64,000 nt of DNA from assembly GCA_951406725.2 (NCBI GenBank), contig OX597818.1, forward strand, positions 132,432,001 to 132,496,000, in the 5' to 3' direction. Positions 41,214 through 54,620 of this stretch are shown here, in pieces. How positions within the stretch are numbered: the first letter of the stretch is position 1; every line of letters starts with the position of its first letter. Below the pieces are notes generated by a model. It did not search any database and was not told where the DNA came from. It saw nothing but the letters and a program-made list of their open reading frames with translations. The stretch comes from Octopus vulgaris (lineage: Eukaryota). Made by a program: the position numbers and the translations under genes.

Positions 41214-41541
41214 GTGAAGGTGCGTGGCTTAGTGGTTAGGGCATTCGGCTCGCGATTGTAAGGTCGTGAGTTCGATTCCCGGCGACGCGTTGAGTCCTTG
41301 AGCAAGACCCTTTATTTCACGTTGCTCCAGTCCACTCAGCTGGCAAAAATGAGTTGTACCTGTATTTCAAAGGGCCGGCCTTGTACCTTGCACACTTTGT
41401 GTCACGCTGAATCTCCCTGAGAACTATGTTAGGGGATGTGTGTCTGTGGATTGCTCAGTCACTTGCACGTTAATTTCATGAGCAGGCTGTTCCGTTGATC
41501 GTTCAACTGGGACCCTCATTGCCGTAACCGACGGAGTGCTC
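41214..41541 (+). mobile_element. SINE, head2 + tail1
   Basis: tggcttagtgg A box, gagttcgattccc B box and a tccttgagcaagac block, then the family A tail1. Confidence 0.8.
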
Positions 41542-41572
41542 CTAGGACTGAACAGCAACAGCATTAACAAAC

Positions 41573-42164
41573 GGTTGGCAGAAACGTTAGCACGCCGGGC
41601 GAAATGCTTAGCGGTATTTCGTCTGCCATTACGTTCTGAGTTCATTCCGCCGAGGTCGACTTTGCCTTTCATCCTTTCGGGGTCAATAAATTAAGTACCA
41701 ATAAAGCACTGGGGTCGATATAATCGACTTAATACCTATGTCTGTCCATGTTTGTCCCCTCTATGTTTAGCCCCTTGTGGGTAATAAAGAAATAGGTATT
41801 TCGTCTGTCGTTACGTTGTGAGTTCAAATTCTGCCGAGGTCAACTTTGCCTTTCATCCTTTCGTGATCGATAAATTAAGTACCAGTTACGCACTGGGGTC
41901 GATGTAATCGACTTAATACCTATGTCTGTCCTTGTTTGTCCCCTCAATGTTTAGCCCCTTGTGGGTAATAAAGAAATAGGTATTTCATCTGCCTTACGTT
42001 GTGAGTTCAAATCCTGCTGAGGTCAACTTTGCCTTTCATCCTTTGTGGTCGATAAATTAAGTACCAGTTACACACTGGAGTGGATGTAATCGACTTAATA
42101 CCTATGTCTGTCCTTGTTTGTCCCCTCTGTGTTTAGCCCCTTGTGGGTAATAAAGAAATAGGTA
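41573..42164 (+). mobile_element. SINE family C trimer
   Basis: Junctions aaagaaata|ggtatttc at 41795 and 41979. Confidence 0.9.
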
Positions 42165-42411
42165 TAATAATTAAGTAAATAATGTGAAATGTCAGCATGG
42201 TTAAAACTTGAACATGTAATAGTTGTTTTTGTTGTCGTTAATAGCCCAGATTAATGTGACAAGTTGATAGAAGCATCAGCATACCAGGCAAAAAGGTTAG
42301 TAGCATTCCATCCATCATTATGTTCTGAGTTCAAATTTCACAAAAGTTGAATTTGCCTTTCATCCTTTTGGTGTTCATAAATTAAGTATCAGTGAAACAT
42401 TGGGGTCAATT

Positions 42412-42672
42412 ACGGAGATGTACTCGCATAGCAAGTGATTTGATCTGAGATCGTGTGCTGGAACGAAAACAATTGCAGCATGGAAGGTGTTTGTAAGCCA
42501 TTTAAGAAACACACAAAAGCCATGAGATGCAGCACAGATTTTTGTCAGTGAACAGGTCGCAGATTTTAGCGACGAAAATATTTTGACAAATTAAACTTAA
42601 ATGTTGAAGTGAATCGAACGGCTTTTGTGTGTTTCTTAAATGGCTTACAAACACCTTCCACGCTGCAATTGA
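42412..42672. mobile_element. Family E short hammerhead-bearing foldback element inserted in an old SINE C
   Basis: Arms of about 50 bp (caattgcagc...aaaagcc); homologs at 50828, 56196 and 58539. Confidence 0.8.
42541..42590 (+). ncRNA. Type-I hammerhead, G3:C8 core variant
   Basis: tttgtca-GTGAACA-g-gtcgc-agatttta-gcgac-GAAA-atat-TT-tgacaaa: 7-bp stem I, 5-bp stem II, palindromic stem III region. Confidence 0.75.
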
Positions 42673-43509
42673 TTGGGATCAATGTAATTGATTAGTCTCT
42701 TCCCCCCAAATTTCAGGCCTTGTGCCTTCAACAGAAAGGGTTATTAGCTCAGGTCAACTTGAATTCAAGTGACCTATGATAGGTTTCACATTTTGACACA
42801 AGGCCAGCAATTTTGGAGGAAGGCGTAAACAGATTACAACAACCCCAGTGCTCGACTGGTACTTATTTTATCAACCCTTAATGGATGAAAGCAAAGTTGA
42901 TCTCAGCAGAATTTCTACTCAGAGTGTATAGACAGATGAAATGCATCTAAGCATTTTTACCAGTATGTTAACGTTTCTTTTAGCTCACCACCTCACAAAA
43001 GACCTATAAGTAATCAAACTCATTCTAAACAAAACCAGCCATGATTACATTGTGTAGGCACATAGCCTTAGGGTTACAGTATTGCATTATAGATCATAAG
43101 ATTTCTGTTTCAATTCCTGGACCAGGGGGTGTTTTGTGCTCTTGAGCAAAACTTTTCATTTCATGTTGCTCCAGTTCATTCACCGGTCAATGCGTTAACC
43201 CTGTGATGATCCAGCATCCTGTTGTAACCACAGCCACTTATCCACATTGGAAACCAGGTCAAGCTCTAACTCGATGAGTCCAACAGCTCATGCAAAAAAA
43301 CAAAAAAAAAAATGTTGTATGCCCTTTTCTTTTGTTTAAGATAATTATAGTCCAATTTGAGAATGATTTGCTTGTTATTTCTAATAGATGAAACGATTAT
43401 ATATAGTTTTCCTTGTTGGTTCATAGTTTCCCACATCAGGTGTATTAGTAATCTCAGATTTGAGTTATGAGTCATATGAACGAAACCATGATATTTATAT
43501 ATCCATAAG

Positions 43510-44095
43510 CCTGTGAGCTGGCAGAATCATTAGCACACCTGGAGAAATGCTTAGCGATATTTCGCCTGCCGCTACGTTCTGAGTTCAAATTCCACCGAGG
43601 TCGACTTTGCCTTTCATCCTTTCGAGGTCGATTAAATAAGTACCAGTTACGCACTGGGGTCGATGTAATCGACTTAATCCATGTGTCTGTCCTTGTTTGT
43701 CCCCTCTTTGTTTAGCCTCTTGCGGGTAGTAAAGAAATAGGTATTTCATCTGCCGTTATGTTCTGAGTTCAAATTCTGCCGAGGTCCACTTTGCCTTTTA
43801 TCCTTTCAGGGTCGATAAATTAAGTACCAGTTATGCACTGGGGTCGATGTAATCGACTTAATCCCTTTGTATGTCCTTGTTTGTCCCCTCTATGTTTAGT
43901 CCCTTGAGGGCAATAAAGAAATAAGAATCGTTAGCAGCATTTTGTCTGTTCTTACATTCTGACTGCAAATGTTGCTGGGGTCAAAACTTTTCCTTTCATT
44001 CTTTTGGGGTTGATAAAATAAGTACCAGCTGAACACTGGGGTGGATGTAATCCTGCCTTCTAAGCTTGCAGGCCTTCTACCAAAAGGAGAAACCA
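43510..44095 (+). mobile_element. SINE family C dimer nested in an older family C copy
   Basis: Junction at 43740; agaatc(a/g)ttagca occurs at both ends of the dimer and an older body follows. Confidence 0.8.
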
Positions 44096-44436
44096 ACATT
44101 TATATATCCTATAAAGTAATATTATAAGAAAAATCTTCAGTTGCTTCAATTTTCTTGATCAGAGCAATCAATCAATGGTTGATTAACTCTATTGATTTTT
44201 AGAGTTTTGAGATTCATGGCTTTAACAAGTGAAGAAGAATAACTAAAGTATAAATTTTAAAAAAAGCAGTTTGCTTCGAATTTACCCTCTATGCTACTAT
44301 ATGTAGGCTTGGTAATGGGATGGTGACTTTGCTTTGTAATCACAGAATTTTAAGATTCATGTATAGTACCTTAGGAAGTGTCTTTCACTAAAGCCCAAGG
44401 CTGAAAAATGCTTTGTGACAGGATTTCATTCTATAT

Positions 44437-44840
44437 ACTCTCTTTTACTCTGCTTCTTGTTTCAGTCATTTGACTGCAGCCATGCTGGAGCACCGCCTTT
44501 AGTAGAACAAATCGACCTCAGAACTTATTCCTTGTAAACCTAGTACTTATTCTATCAGTGTCTTTTTCCGAACTGCTAAGTTACAGGGATGTAAACACAC
44601 CAACATCGGTGTCAAGCGATGGTGGGGGAGAGGACAAACATGGAACACAATCACACACACACACACACACACATATGACAGGCTTCTTTCAGTTTCTCTT
44701 TACCAAATCCACTCACACAGCATTGGTCAGCCTGAGGCTATAGGAGAAAACACTTGCCTAAGGTGCCATGCAGTGGGATTGAACTTGGAACTATGTGGTT
44801 GGGAAGTAAGCTACTTACCACACAGCCACTCCTGCACCTA
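44437..44840 (-). mobile_element. SINE family B
   Basis: Homology to family B. Confidence 0.85.
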
Positions 44841-44937
44841 TATATATATATATAGAAAATATGAAAGCCTGTTGTATTTATATGTATGTGAATGTGTGTG
44901 TGTGTGAGTGTATAGGTATGTGTGTGTATGTGTGTAT

Positions 44938-45248
44938 GTCACGTGATCACGTGACCGACCAGACCATCAGATGTTGTTACACATCGCTGGTCACAATGCG
45001 TTCACATTGTTTTAGCCTTTGAATGATGCCACCCCACTGGCTAAGCGAGCAGGCCAACAGAAGAAAGAGTGAGAGAAAGAGTGGTGAAAGAGTACAGCAG
45101 GGATCAACACCATCCCCTGCCGGAGCCTCGTGGAGAATTTTAGGTGTTTTCACTCAATAAACACTCACAACGCCCGGTCTGGGAATCGAAACCACGATCC
45201 TACAACCGCGAGTCCGCTGCCCTAACCACTGGGCCATTGCGCCACCAC
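44938..45248 (-). mobile_element. SINE family A, head1 + tail2
   Basis: Reverse complement of 39799-40103. Confidence 0.85.
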
Positions 45249-45483
45249 ATGTGTGTATATACATGTGTATATATATACCTAGATGCAAGCATATAAAAAT
45301 GTCAAATTTATCTATTTCTCCACTGATTGATAAAGATTATGACTTGCCTTAATTAATTTCCAACCTTTATTGGAGTCTTGTTAGAAGTGTATATATCATT
45401 TGGCCAGTCTCTGAGAAATGAGCAACCAATCTATTTATTTGTACATCAAATCCAGTTACTCCAGAGAACTGGTGCTACTAATT

Positions 45484-45730
45484 TGGCACGTAAAAAGCAC
45501 CATCCGATCGTGGCCGTTTGTCAGCCTCATCTGGCACCTGTGCCGGTGGCACGTAAAAAGCACCCACTACACTCATGGAGTGGTTGGCGTTAGGAAGGGC
45601 ATCCAGCCGTAGAAACATTGCCAGATCAGACTGGGCCTGGTGCAGTCTTCTGGCTTCCCAGACCCCAGTTGAACCGTCCAACCTATGCTAGCATAGAAAG
45701 CGGATGCTAAACGATGATGATGATGATGAT
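45484..45730 (+). mobile_element. Family D (RTE 3' end)
   Basis: (GAT)n tail and homology to family D. Confidence 0.8.
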
Positions 45731-46319
45731 ATGTTTAGCACTTTATTTAATATCAGAGGACCCAGTTCACACTGTGTCAAGGTATAATATATGTAAACCT
45801 ACGTGTAGATATACAAGCATGCCCAATTTAAACTACTTCTTCAAATATTGGAAATATAAAGAACAAATTTAATTGATTTTCAACCCTTACTAGGATCTCA
45901 TCAAAGGTGCGCCATGAACTTGAATGTGTCTCTGTGAATGTCTACATTCTGTCTTTACATGAAACTGTTTGAGTAAAAACAATGGTCTTATGCTGACATT
46001 CCCAGTGAACATGTCATCCTCTAGCTCTTGGCTTTCAGCTTTTATTCAGTAGCTTTATTATGAATTGGAGCAGTCAGCTGAGGTAAGACCTACAGATCTA
46101 TTGTTTCAGATACAGTATGCCTCCACCAAGTTGAGAAGCAAGCTAAAACCTCTGACATACAGTGCTTAATCCTTTTGTTACCATATTTCTTGAATTCGTT
46201 TCAAATAGTTTTCAAAATTATGAAGAATTTGCTAAACTAATTTTATCTTTATTGACATAGTGTTTGGAACATAACTGGACATGATATTTAAAGAGAAGAT
46301 TTTGATTAGATCAGCTTAA

Positions 46320-46541
46320 CCCTTTAGCATTCAAACAGGCCATATCCAGCCAAAATATTCTACATGTTTTATGTTCAAACTGGCCACATTGGGCCTCTGC
46401 CATCTACCCTATGATATACATTCTAAAACATAAGTAGTCACATCATCAAAATCTCGAAACTGCACACTAATGCATGATTAATTCAAAACAATGCGAATAA
46501 ATAAGCATTACTTTTGACAGAGTAATATGAATGCTAAAGGG
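46320..46541. mobile_element. piggyBac-type MITE (22407 family, opposite orientation)
   Basis: TTAA|CCCTTTAG...CTAAAGGG|TTGA. Confidence 0.75.
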
Positions 46542-46550
46542 TTGAAATAT

Positions 46551-46782
46551 ATTTCTTTACTACCCACAAGGGGCTAAACACAGAGGGGACAAACAAGGAC
46601 AGACAAAGGGATTAAGTCGATTACATCGACCCCAGTGTGTAACTGGTACTTAATTTATCGACCCCGAAAGGATGAAAGGCAAAGTGGACCTCAGCGGAAT
46701 TTGAACTCAGAATGTAACGGCAGACGAAATATCGCTAAGCATTTCGCCCAGCGTGCTAACGTTTCTGCCAGCTCGCCACCTT
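46551..46782 (-). mobile_element. SINE family C monomer
   Basis: 14-bp TSD aaagggttgaaata at 46536-46549 and 46785-46798. Confidence 0.9.
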
Positions 46783-47164
46783 TCAAAGGGTTGAAATAGG
46801 GAGTTTGTGGCATAAGCATAAAACCAGAAGCAGTGTCAGTTGGGTTGCTGACAATTAAAGAATTAAAGTATTCGTGGAGGCCAATATCAGGTAAAAGATA
46901 TAGCGCCCTGTTTGATGTTAATTAGAACATTATGTTAGTACAACTGATAAAGAGTCATATTAAGTGATTCATTCTTAATTTCATTTCTGTTTGCTCTGAG
47001 TTCAATGAGGACAGACAGCCTAATGGTTAGCATATTCAGCTCATGATCATAGTGTCATGTGTTCAATTCCTGAACTAGGTAGCATGCTGTGTCCTTAAAC
47101 AAGGCACTTTATTTCATATTGCTCTCGTCTACTCAGCTGAAAATTAGTACTAGCTAAGTACTAA

Positions 47165-47512
47165 TCTCTCTCTCTCTCCCTCTCTCTCTTACTCTAACTT
47201 TATCTCTCTCTCTCACTCACTTTCACCCTTTCTCTCTCACTCTTTGTCTCTCACTCTCTCTCTTTATCCCCTTTCTTCCCCTTCTGTCTCTCTCTCTCTC
47301 ACTCACTTTCACCCTTTCTCTCTCACTCTTTGTCTCTCACTCTCTCTCTTTATCCCCTTTCTTCCCCTTCTGTCTCTCTCTCTCTCACTCACTTTCACCC
47401 TTTCTCTCTCACTCTTTGTCTCTCACTCTCTCTCTTTATACCCTTTCTTCCCCTTCTGTCTCTCTGTCTCTCTGTCTCTCTTTCTTTCTTTCTCTCTCTT
47501 TTTCTCTCTCCT
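47165..47512. repeat. Polypyrimidine minisatellite, 86-bp unit about x3
   Basis: cactcactttcaccctttctc... recurs at an 86-bp period. Confidence 0.9.
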
Positions 47513-47847
47513 TCCAGATGTCACTTGTGGCTGTGCCACTGAGCCAAAGAGTAGGAGAGTTGACAGAGTATTTATGTCTGCTTACAATGACATAGGCACC
47601 TACAACAATTAACCAAAGCATGTTACATATCACCAAGCCATTCTTGTTCACAGGTAATGGCTGGCTCTACTTAGGCTCTGAGTTTAAATTCTCATGGTAT
47701 TAACTTTACCTTTAAGTTCTGCATCTTATGTACAGACAACCTTCACATTCCAGAAAATTTGCATTACTGAAAATTTTGCAGTAACATGGAATTCTGTAGG
47801 GTGAAACATATTTTCCCATTGGTTTCCATGTTTATTGATTTCTATGT

Positions 47848-48232
47848 GGATGGAAGCACTCCGTCGGTTACGATGACGAGGGTTCCGGTTGATCCGAATC
47901 AACGGAACAGCCTGCTCGTGAAATTAACATGTAAGTGGCTGAGCACTCCACAGACACGTGTACCCTTAACGTAGTTCTCGGGATATTCAGCGTGACACAG
48001 AGAGTGACAAGGCCGGCCCTTTGAAATACAGGTACAACAGAAACAGGAAGTAAGAGTGAGAGAAAGTTGTGATGAAAGAGTACAGCAGGGATCACCACCA
48101 CCCCTGCCGGAGTCTCGTGGAGCTTTTAGGTGTTTTCGCTCAATAAACACTCACAACGCCCGGTCTGGGAATCGAAACCGCGATCCTATGACCGCGAGTC
48201 AGCTGCCCTAACCACTGGGCCATTGCGCCTCC
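47848..48232 (-). mobile_element. SINE family A, head1 + tail1 (full length)
   Basis: Near-identical to 3834-4212. Confidence 0.9.
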
Positions 48233-49314
48233 TCAATTTCCATGTAACATGGAAGTGAATGAAAAAATAAGATTCATGTTACAGAATTCTTATGTGACAG
48301 TGTGTTTTTTCAGTGATGTAATGAATGTAATGTAGTGGATGCCTGTATATTTACATCTATACGTTCGTTAGCCTTGTACCCCAATTAAGAAATCAATACA
48401 CATGAAGTATTTAATAATCTTCATGATTAATCCATGTAATATTATTTCATAATGTCATTTGATAAAGTCACAGTTTGACTCTCTGCAGCTTTTATTGAGG
48501 TAAAGAAAAACAAAGAAGTCAAAAAAAAAAAAAAACCACCCAACAATTTAATCCATGTCAGATGTATGAGTAATCAAAAGATTTAATATTACAAGATTAT
48601 TGTCAGGTATAATCCCTTTTAATAAGGATCTTTGCATCGTTGCTAGAAACTATAAATTTGCAATCAATGCATTTGAGAACAGCTTCAGCTAACCCCTGCT
48701 CACCTGAAATTTTTGAAGTGCTTTTAAGGAAAAGAATGCTTCTTAATGGGAGATATTTAATCACCGTTGAGAAGCCATTTTCTGAATATGCTTATAGGAA
48801 GATATAACATGATTGTTTTTTTGCTTTTTGGATAAAAAAGGAAAGGAATAGTGAATAATATTGCTGTAGATTTTTATATTATAACTCATAAAATATTTGT
48901 AGGTTTTTGTTAAGTTACCCAATGTAAACTTCTTGAAAAATCTATGATTATTATGATTTCACACAAATCTGTAATTTAACTTGAAGCATATCTCGAGTTT
49001 TATTATTTTGGTAAAGTAACTGAAATAAACCTCTCCACAATATTTGTTTAGTTTATTATTCCTATAAAGTTGCCATGAAATATTTTACTAATCAGAAATT
49101 GAGAACAGATTTTTGCATATAAAATCTGTAACTGAAAATATCAGAACATATTTCAATATTGATTTTGTAACCTATCAAAATCTAAAATTTCAAATTATCT
49201 CCAAATATTCAACATTTTTGAAGGTGAGCCTAAATATTTTTAAGGTGATTCTAATGTAAAAAAATTAATAATAATAATTTCAGTTTAACATCCTTCAACA
49301 AATCTTTTTTTTTT

Positions 49315-50057
49315 ATCTTTTTTCTTGTTTCGGTCATGAGACTGTGGCCATGCTGGAGCACCAGCTTGAAGAATTATAATTGAACAAATCAACCCCCAGT
49401 ACTTATTTTTAAAAATCTGATACTTATTCTATCAGTCTCTTTTGCCAAACTACTATATTGTGGCTGTGTGGTAAGTAGCTTCCTAACCAACCACATGGTT
49501 CTGGGTTCAGTCCCACTGCGTGGCATTTTGGGCAAGTGTCTTCTGCTATAGCCCCGGGCCGACCAATGCCTTGTGAGTGGATTTGGTAGACGGAAACTGA
49601 AAGAAGCCTGTCGTATATATGTATATATATATATCTATGTGTGTGTTTGTGTGTTTGTGTTTGTCCCCCTAGCATTGCTTGACAACAGATGTTGGTGTGT
49701 TTACGTCCCCGTAACTTAGCGGTTCAGCAAAAGAGACCGATAGAATAAGTACTGGGCTTACAAAGAATAAGTCCCGGGGTCGATTTGCTCGACTAAAGGC
49801 GGTGCTCCAGCATGGCCGCAGTCAAATGACTGAAACAAGTAAAAGAGTAAAAGAGTATAGTAGTTTGTCAAGTGGTGATGGAGGTCACACACTGACACCA
49901 CACACACACACACACCCACGACAGGCTTCTTTCAGTTTCTGTCCACTATATCCACTCACAAGGTTTTGGATTGCACAAGACTATAGTAGAAGATTCTTGT
50001 CCAAAATGCTACACAGTGGGACTGTGATTGGAAAGCAAAGATATTGCCACACAGCCA
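49315..50057. mobile_element. Young + strand SINE B (49460-49856) nested in an old - strand SINE B
   Basis: Old copy tail at 49315-49459 and head at 49865-50057. Confidence 0.8.
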
Positions 50058-50360
50058 CTTAAAGAGCATCTGAAAATGTTCTATTTCAAATTTGTTCCTT
50101 TATTGGTTTCTTGGCATCCATTTTCTCATGTTAGCGTGGGTGGCTTAAAAGTTGTATACCTTTCCTGTTATTAAGCTTTACCTGCTTTTCAAGCAAGGGA
50201 TATTTTATCATAAATGTTTTTAAATGTGTAGAGCTAACAGGTGGCTTATTGGCAAAGAATGACATTGTGCAGTACTTTGGATATCTTGTGAGTGAATTTG
50301 GTAGAGAGAACTATACAAAGCCTGTCATATATAGGCCACTTATTTCTGAAGCACACGTAT

Positions 50361-50762
50361 AGGCACAGGAGTGGCTGTGTGGTAAGTAGCTTGTTTACCA
50401 ACCACATAATTCCGGGTTCAGTCCCACTGCGTGGAACCTTGGGCAAGTGTCTTCTACTATAGCGTCAGGCCGACCAAAGCCTTGTGAGTGGATTTGGTAG
50501 ACGGAAACTGAAAGAAGCCAGTCGTATATTTGTATATATATATATGCATGTGTGTTTTTGTGCGTCTGTGTTTGTCCCCCTAACATTGCTTGACAACCGA
50601 TGCTGGTGTGTTTATGTTACTTAGCGGTTCGGCAAAAGAGACCGATAGAAAAAGTACTGGGCTTACAAAAGAATAAGTCCCGGGGTCGAGTTGCTCGACT
50701 AAAGGCGGTGTTCCAGCATGGCCGCAGTCAAATGACTGAAACAAGTAAAAGAGTAAAAGAGT
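50361..50762 (+). mobile_element. SINE family B
   Basis: Full-length homology. Confidence 0.88.
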
Positions 50763-50827
50763 ATACCGAGTTCTAACACCAGGATATTAGTATCACAGTC
50801 CCTAAGCAAAGCAATATATATATATAT

Positions 50828-51186
50828 TACGGAAATGTACTTACATAGCAAGTGACCTGATCTGAGATCATGTGCTGGAACGAAAACAATTGCAACGTGG
50901 AAGGTGTTTATAAGCCATTTAAGAAACAAACAAAATCTGTTAGATTCACTTCAACATTTAAATTTAATTTGTCAAAATATTTTTCTCACTTTGAGACCAC
51001 GACCTGTTCACTGACAAAATTCTGTGCTGCTTCCATGATGCAGTACAGAATTTTGTCAGTGAACAGGTCGTGGTCTCAAAGCGACGAAAATATTTTGACA
51101 AATTAAATTTAAATGTTGAAGTGAATCTAACAGATTTTGTTTGTTTCTTAAATGGCTTATAAACACCTTCCATGCTACAATTGTTT
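50828..51186. mobile_element. Family E foldback with two G3:C8 hammerheads (51052-51102 + intact; 50968-51018 - decayed)
   Basis: About 145-bp inverted arms; tttgtca-GTGAACA-g-gtcgt...gcgac-GAAA-atat-TT-tgacaaa. Confidence 0.8.
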
Positions 51187-51209
51187 ATATATATATATAT
51201 ATATATATA

Positions 51210-51413
51210 AGATAAGGAAATGATTTTATTCTCAAATGCAGGATAATGCTAATAATATAGCATTAACAAGATAAACTATCCATATTTTGCAGAAAAATCT
51301 GTCAGTCTGGCTACCCGCCGACAGATTTTTCTGCAAAATATTGATAGTTTATCTTGTTAATGCTATAATATTGGCATTATCCTGCGTTTGAGGATAAAAT
51401 TATTTCCTTATCT
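51210..51413. repeat. Foldback, about 94-bp arms with a 16-bp loop
   Basis: 51210-51303 is the reverse complement of 51320-51413. Confidence 0.85.
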
Positions 51414-51480
51414 GTATCTTTCAATACATCTCAATGCTTCAGAAGCAAACTTTGTTGACTTTCAATGTAAGTTGAATTTA

Positions 51481-51513
<33 letters not shown>

Positions 51514-51537
51514 TGTATGTATGTATGTATGTATGTA

Positions 51538-51829
51538 TGGAGGCGCAATGGCCCAGTGGTTAGGGCAGCGGACTCGCGGTCATAGGATCACAGTTTCGAT
51601 TCCTAGACTAGGCATTGTGAGTGTTTATTGAGCGAAAACACCTAAAGCTCCACGAGGCTCCGGCAGGGAGTGGTGGCAATCCCTGCTGTACTCTTTCGCC
51701 GCAACTTTCTCTCACTCATTCTTCTGTTGGCCTGCTCGCTTAGCCAGTGGGGTGGCGTCATTTAAAGGCTAAAACAATGCGAAATGCATTGTGACCAGCG
51801 ATGTGTAGCAACATCTGATAGCCTGGTCG
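51538..51829 (+). mobile_element. SINE family A, head1 + tail2
   Basis: Homology; inserted in (TATG)n. Confidence 0.85.
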
Positions 51830-51844
51830 CAAAAAAAAAAAATG

Positions 51845-51875
<31 letters not shown>

Positions 51876-51960
51876 GTATGTATGTATGTATGCATGTATG
51901 TATGGTATGCATGTAGGCATGTTTGTGTGCATGCATATATATATATGCATATATATATAT

Positions 51961-52455
51961 ATGGTGCCACAGAGTGGGACTGAACTCGGAACCATGTATT
52001 TGGAAAGCAAACTTCTTAGCACACAGCCATACCTATGTATATACACATAACTACATCTATATATATATATATATATATATATATAAGTTTGCTTTCCAAA
52101 TACATGGTTCCGAGTTCAGTCCCACTCTGTGGCACCATGGGCAAGTAACTTCTACTACAGCCTGGGGCATGTGAGTGAATTTGATAGATGGAAACTGAAA
52201 GAAGCCTGTTGTGTATGTGTGTGTGTGTGTGTGTGTGTGTCTGTGTGTATGTTTGTCCCTCATTGCCACTTGACAAACAGTGTTGGTGTGTTTACATCCT
52301 GGTAACTTGGGAGTTTGGCAAAGAGACCAAAAGAATAAGTAGCAGGCTTCACAAAATATATAAGTTCTTGGGTAGATAATTTTGGTTAAAATTCTTCAGG
52401 GTGGTGCCCCAGCATGGCCACATTCTAATGTTGGAAACAAGTAAAAGATGAAAGA
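51961..52455. mobile_element. SINE B with local inverted duplication of its head
   Basis: 51961-52014 is the exact reverse complement of 52085-52138, including private mutations. Confidence 0.8.
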
Positions 52456-52981
52456 TATTCTTTTATTTGTTTCAGTCATTTGACTGCAGCCATGCTGGAG
52501 CACTGCCTTTGTTTAATGCAAGTAGCTAAGAATTTTCTCTAGAACAAAAAAACCTGTTCCTGCTCAGATGTCGGCTTTAGCTTGATTTCCAGCCTCACAT
52601 ATCTTCCATGCCTTTTTCTTTTCAGAATCATAAAGTACAAGTATTCCATTATCCATTTGAACACACTTTTATTCAACAACATCTTACTTTTTCTCTGATA
52701 CACTGCCTTGCAATCTGGAACACCTTATGCTTCTAGTCCACGTGTTGTAAAACATTGGCATACCTACTTTCTGCTTCTCCCCTTGCTAAATAAACTTGCC
52801 ATCTACCTACCTTGTAAAGTATTTGTCAACAGATAGGACCTATTCTTTGTAAGCCTAGTATTTATTCAATCAGTCTCCTTTGCTGAACTGCTAAGTTACA
52901 GGGACATAAACACACCAACATTGGTTGTCAAGTGATGGTGGGGAGACAAGCACAAATGCACAAACATATATATATGTATAT

Positions 52982-53017
<36 letters not shown>

Positions 53018-53018
<1 letters not shown>

Positions 53019-53572
53019 GAGCAAAACGCACCACCCTTCCCTGTCCAATGGATGGTGCTGAGTTGTCAAACATTTAAGCCAAATTTTCTCAAAGCTTTTC
53101 ATTAAAAATAATTAAGCATGCCTTTATTTCAATAAAATTTTTGGTTTTGTTAAACGAAATTAAGGTAAAAAAAACTTCTTGAGAAACCAAATAGTCTTTC
53201 CTTCCTTCATGCCAAGTTTGAAGAAAATATCTCTTTTGCATCTTACTTTTTTGGTCTCTCAAATATACTGCATTTTGCGGCATTATTTCAAGCCAGCCGG
53301 CTTTTTTTGCACAAACTGCACGTGCATTTTTCTTGTGTACGTGTAGTATTGATCGCAACAGCTGATGTACTTGCACATACAAATGCACGTTCCCACGGCT
53401 TTATTGATCGCATTCTCACCTGGAATCGATTTTTGTAATTTTTTCAAGACTTATGCATGCCCTGATACCATCGGTATCTACATATCAAATTTGAGCACAA
53501 TCGGATGGAGGATGCCCGAGATCCTAGAAGACACACACACACAGACAGACAGAACAGATTATATATAATAGA
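53018..53572 (-). mobile_element. Non-autonomous Helitron-like element inserted in a SINE B (52840-53748, minus)
   Basis: Minus start A|TCTATTATATATAA plus (GT)n; 3' hairpin caccatcc..gggtggtg near a degenerate CTAG; the SINE resumes on both sides. Confidence 0.6.
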
Positions 53573-53869
53573 TATGCAACAGGCTTCTTTCAGTTTCCAC
53601 CTACTAAATCCACTCACAAGGCTTTGGTCAGGCTGAGGCTATAGGGCTATAGTAGAAGACACTTGTGCAAGGTGCCACACTGTGGAACTGAACCCAGAAT
53701 CAGAATCATGTGGTTGGTAAGCAAGGTACTTGTCACACAGCCACTCCTATATATATATAATATATATATAATAACAAAGGGTAAAATTAATTAATTAAGA
53801 AGTAATCAATAATTTCACCAAGTAGAATTCGGCATGAAAAAAGGACCATTTCATGGTAAACTTAAGTAA

Positions 53870-54091
53870 TACTAAATAATTAGGGTTCAGCAAAGATTTG
53901 CTTTACCACATATCGAAGTTTAGAAATAGCAGCCAAAAAACGTTAGCTATTTCTTCTACTTTAAAAAGGGACCCTGGTTTTTCTGGGAGTCCCTTTTTAA
54001 AGTAGAAGTAATAGCTAACGTTTTTTGGCTGCTATTTCTAAACTTCGATATGTGGTAAAGCAAATCTTTGCTGAACCCTAATTATTTAGTA
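53870..54091. repeat. Near-perfect foldback, about 103-bp arms, in a TA-flanked PLE-like fragment
   Basis: 53870-53972 is the reverse complement of 53989-54091 (1 mismatch seen). Confidence 0.9.
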
Positions 54092-54239
54092 TATATATAT
54101 ATGAATTTATTTATGTATGTATATGTGCTTATATCTGTGTGATTATTTACATTTTGCACTTCACATGGAAAAGTAGCAAGCTACAAATGATGTTTTATAT
54201 GGCACAGTTGACTGGATAACATTCATCTTTGATCTTTGG

Positions 54240-54620
54240 TCTTTCATCTTTTACTTGTTTAAGTCACTGAATTGTGGCCATGCTGGTACTACCTCAAAGG
54301 GTTTAGTCAAGAAAACTAACTCCAGTACTTATTATTTTTAAGTCAGGTACTATTTGGCCAATCTCTTTGCTGGAATGCTTAGTTACATGGATGTAAACAC
54401 ACCAACGCCGGTTGTCAAGTGGTGGTGAGAGACAAACATGCACAAACACACATGCACACACACCCAATAACATATATATATACATCAAGATTCTTTCAGC
54501 TTCCATCTACCAAATCCACTCACAAGGGTTTTGTTTGCCTGGGGCTACAGCAGAAGACACTTGCCCAAAGTACCATGTGGTTCTGAAGCAAACTTCTTAC
54601 TACGCTGCCACACTTGTGCC
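54240..54620 (-). mobile_element. SINE family B (old)
   Basis: Diverged homology. Confidence 0.7.
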
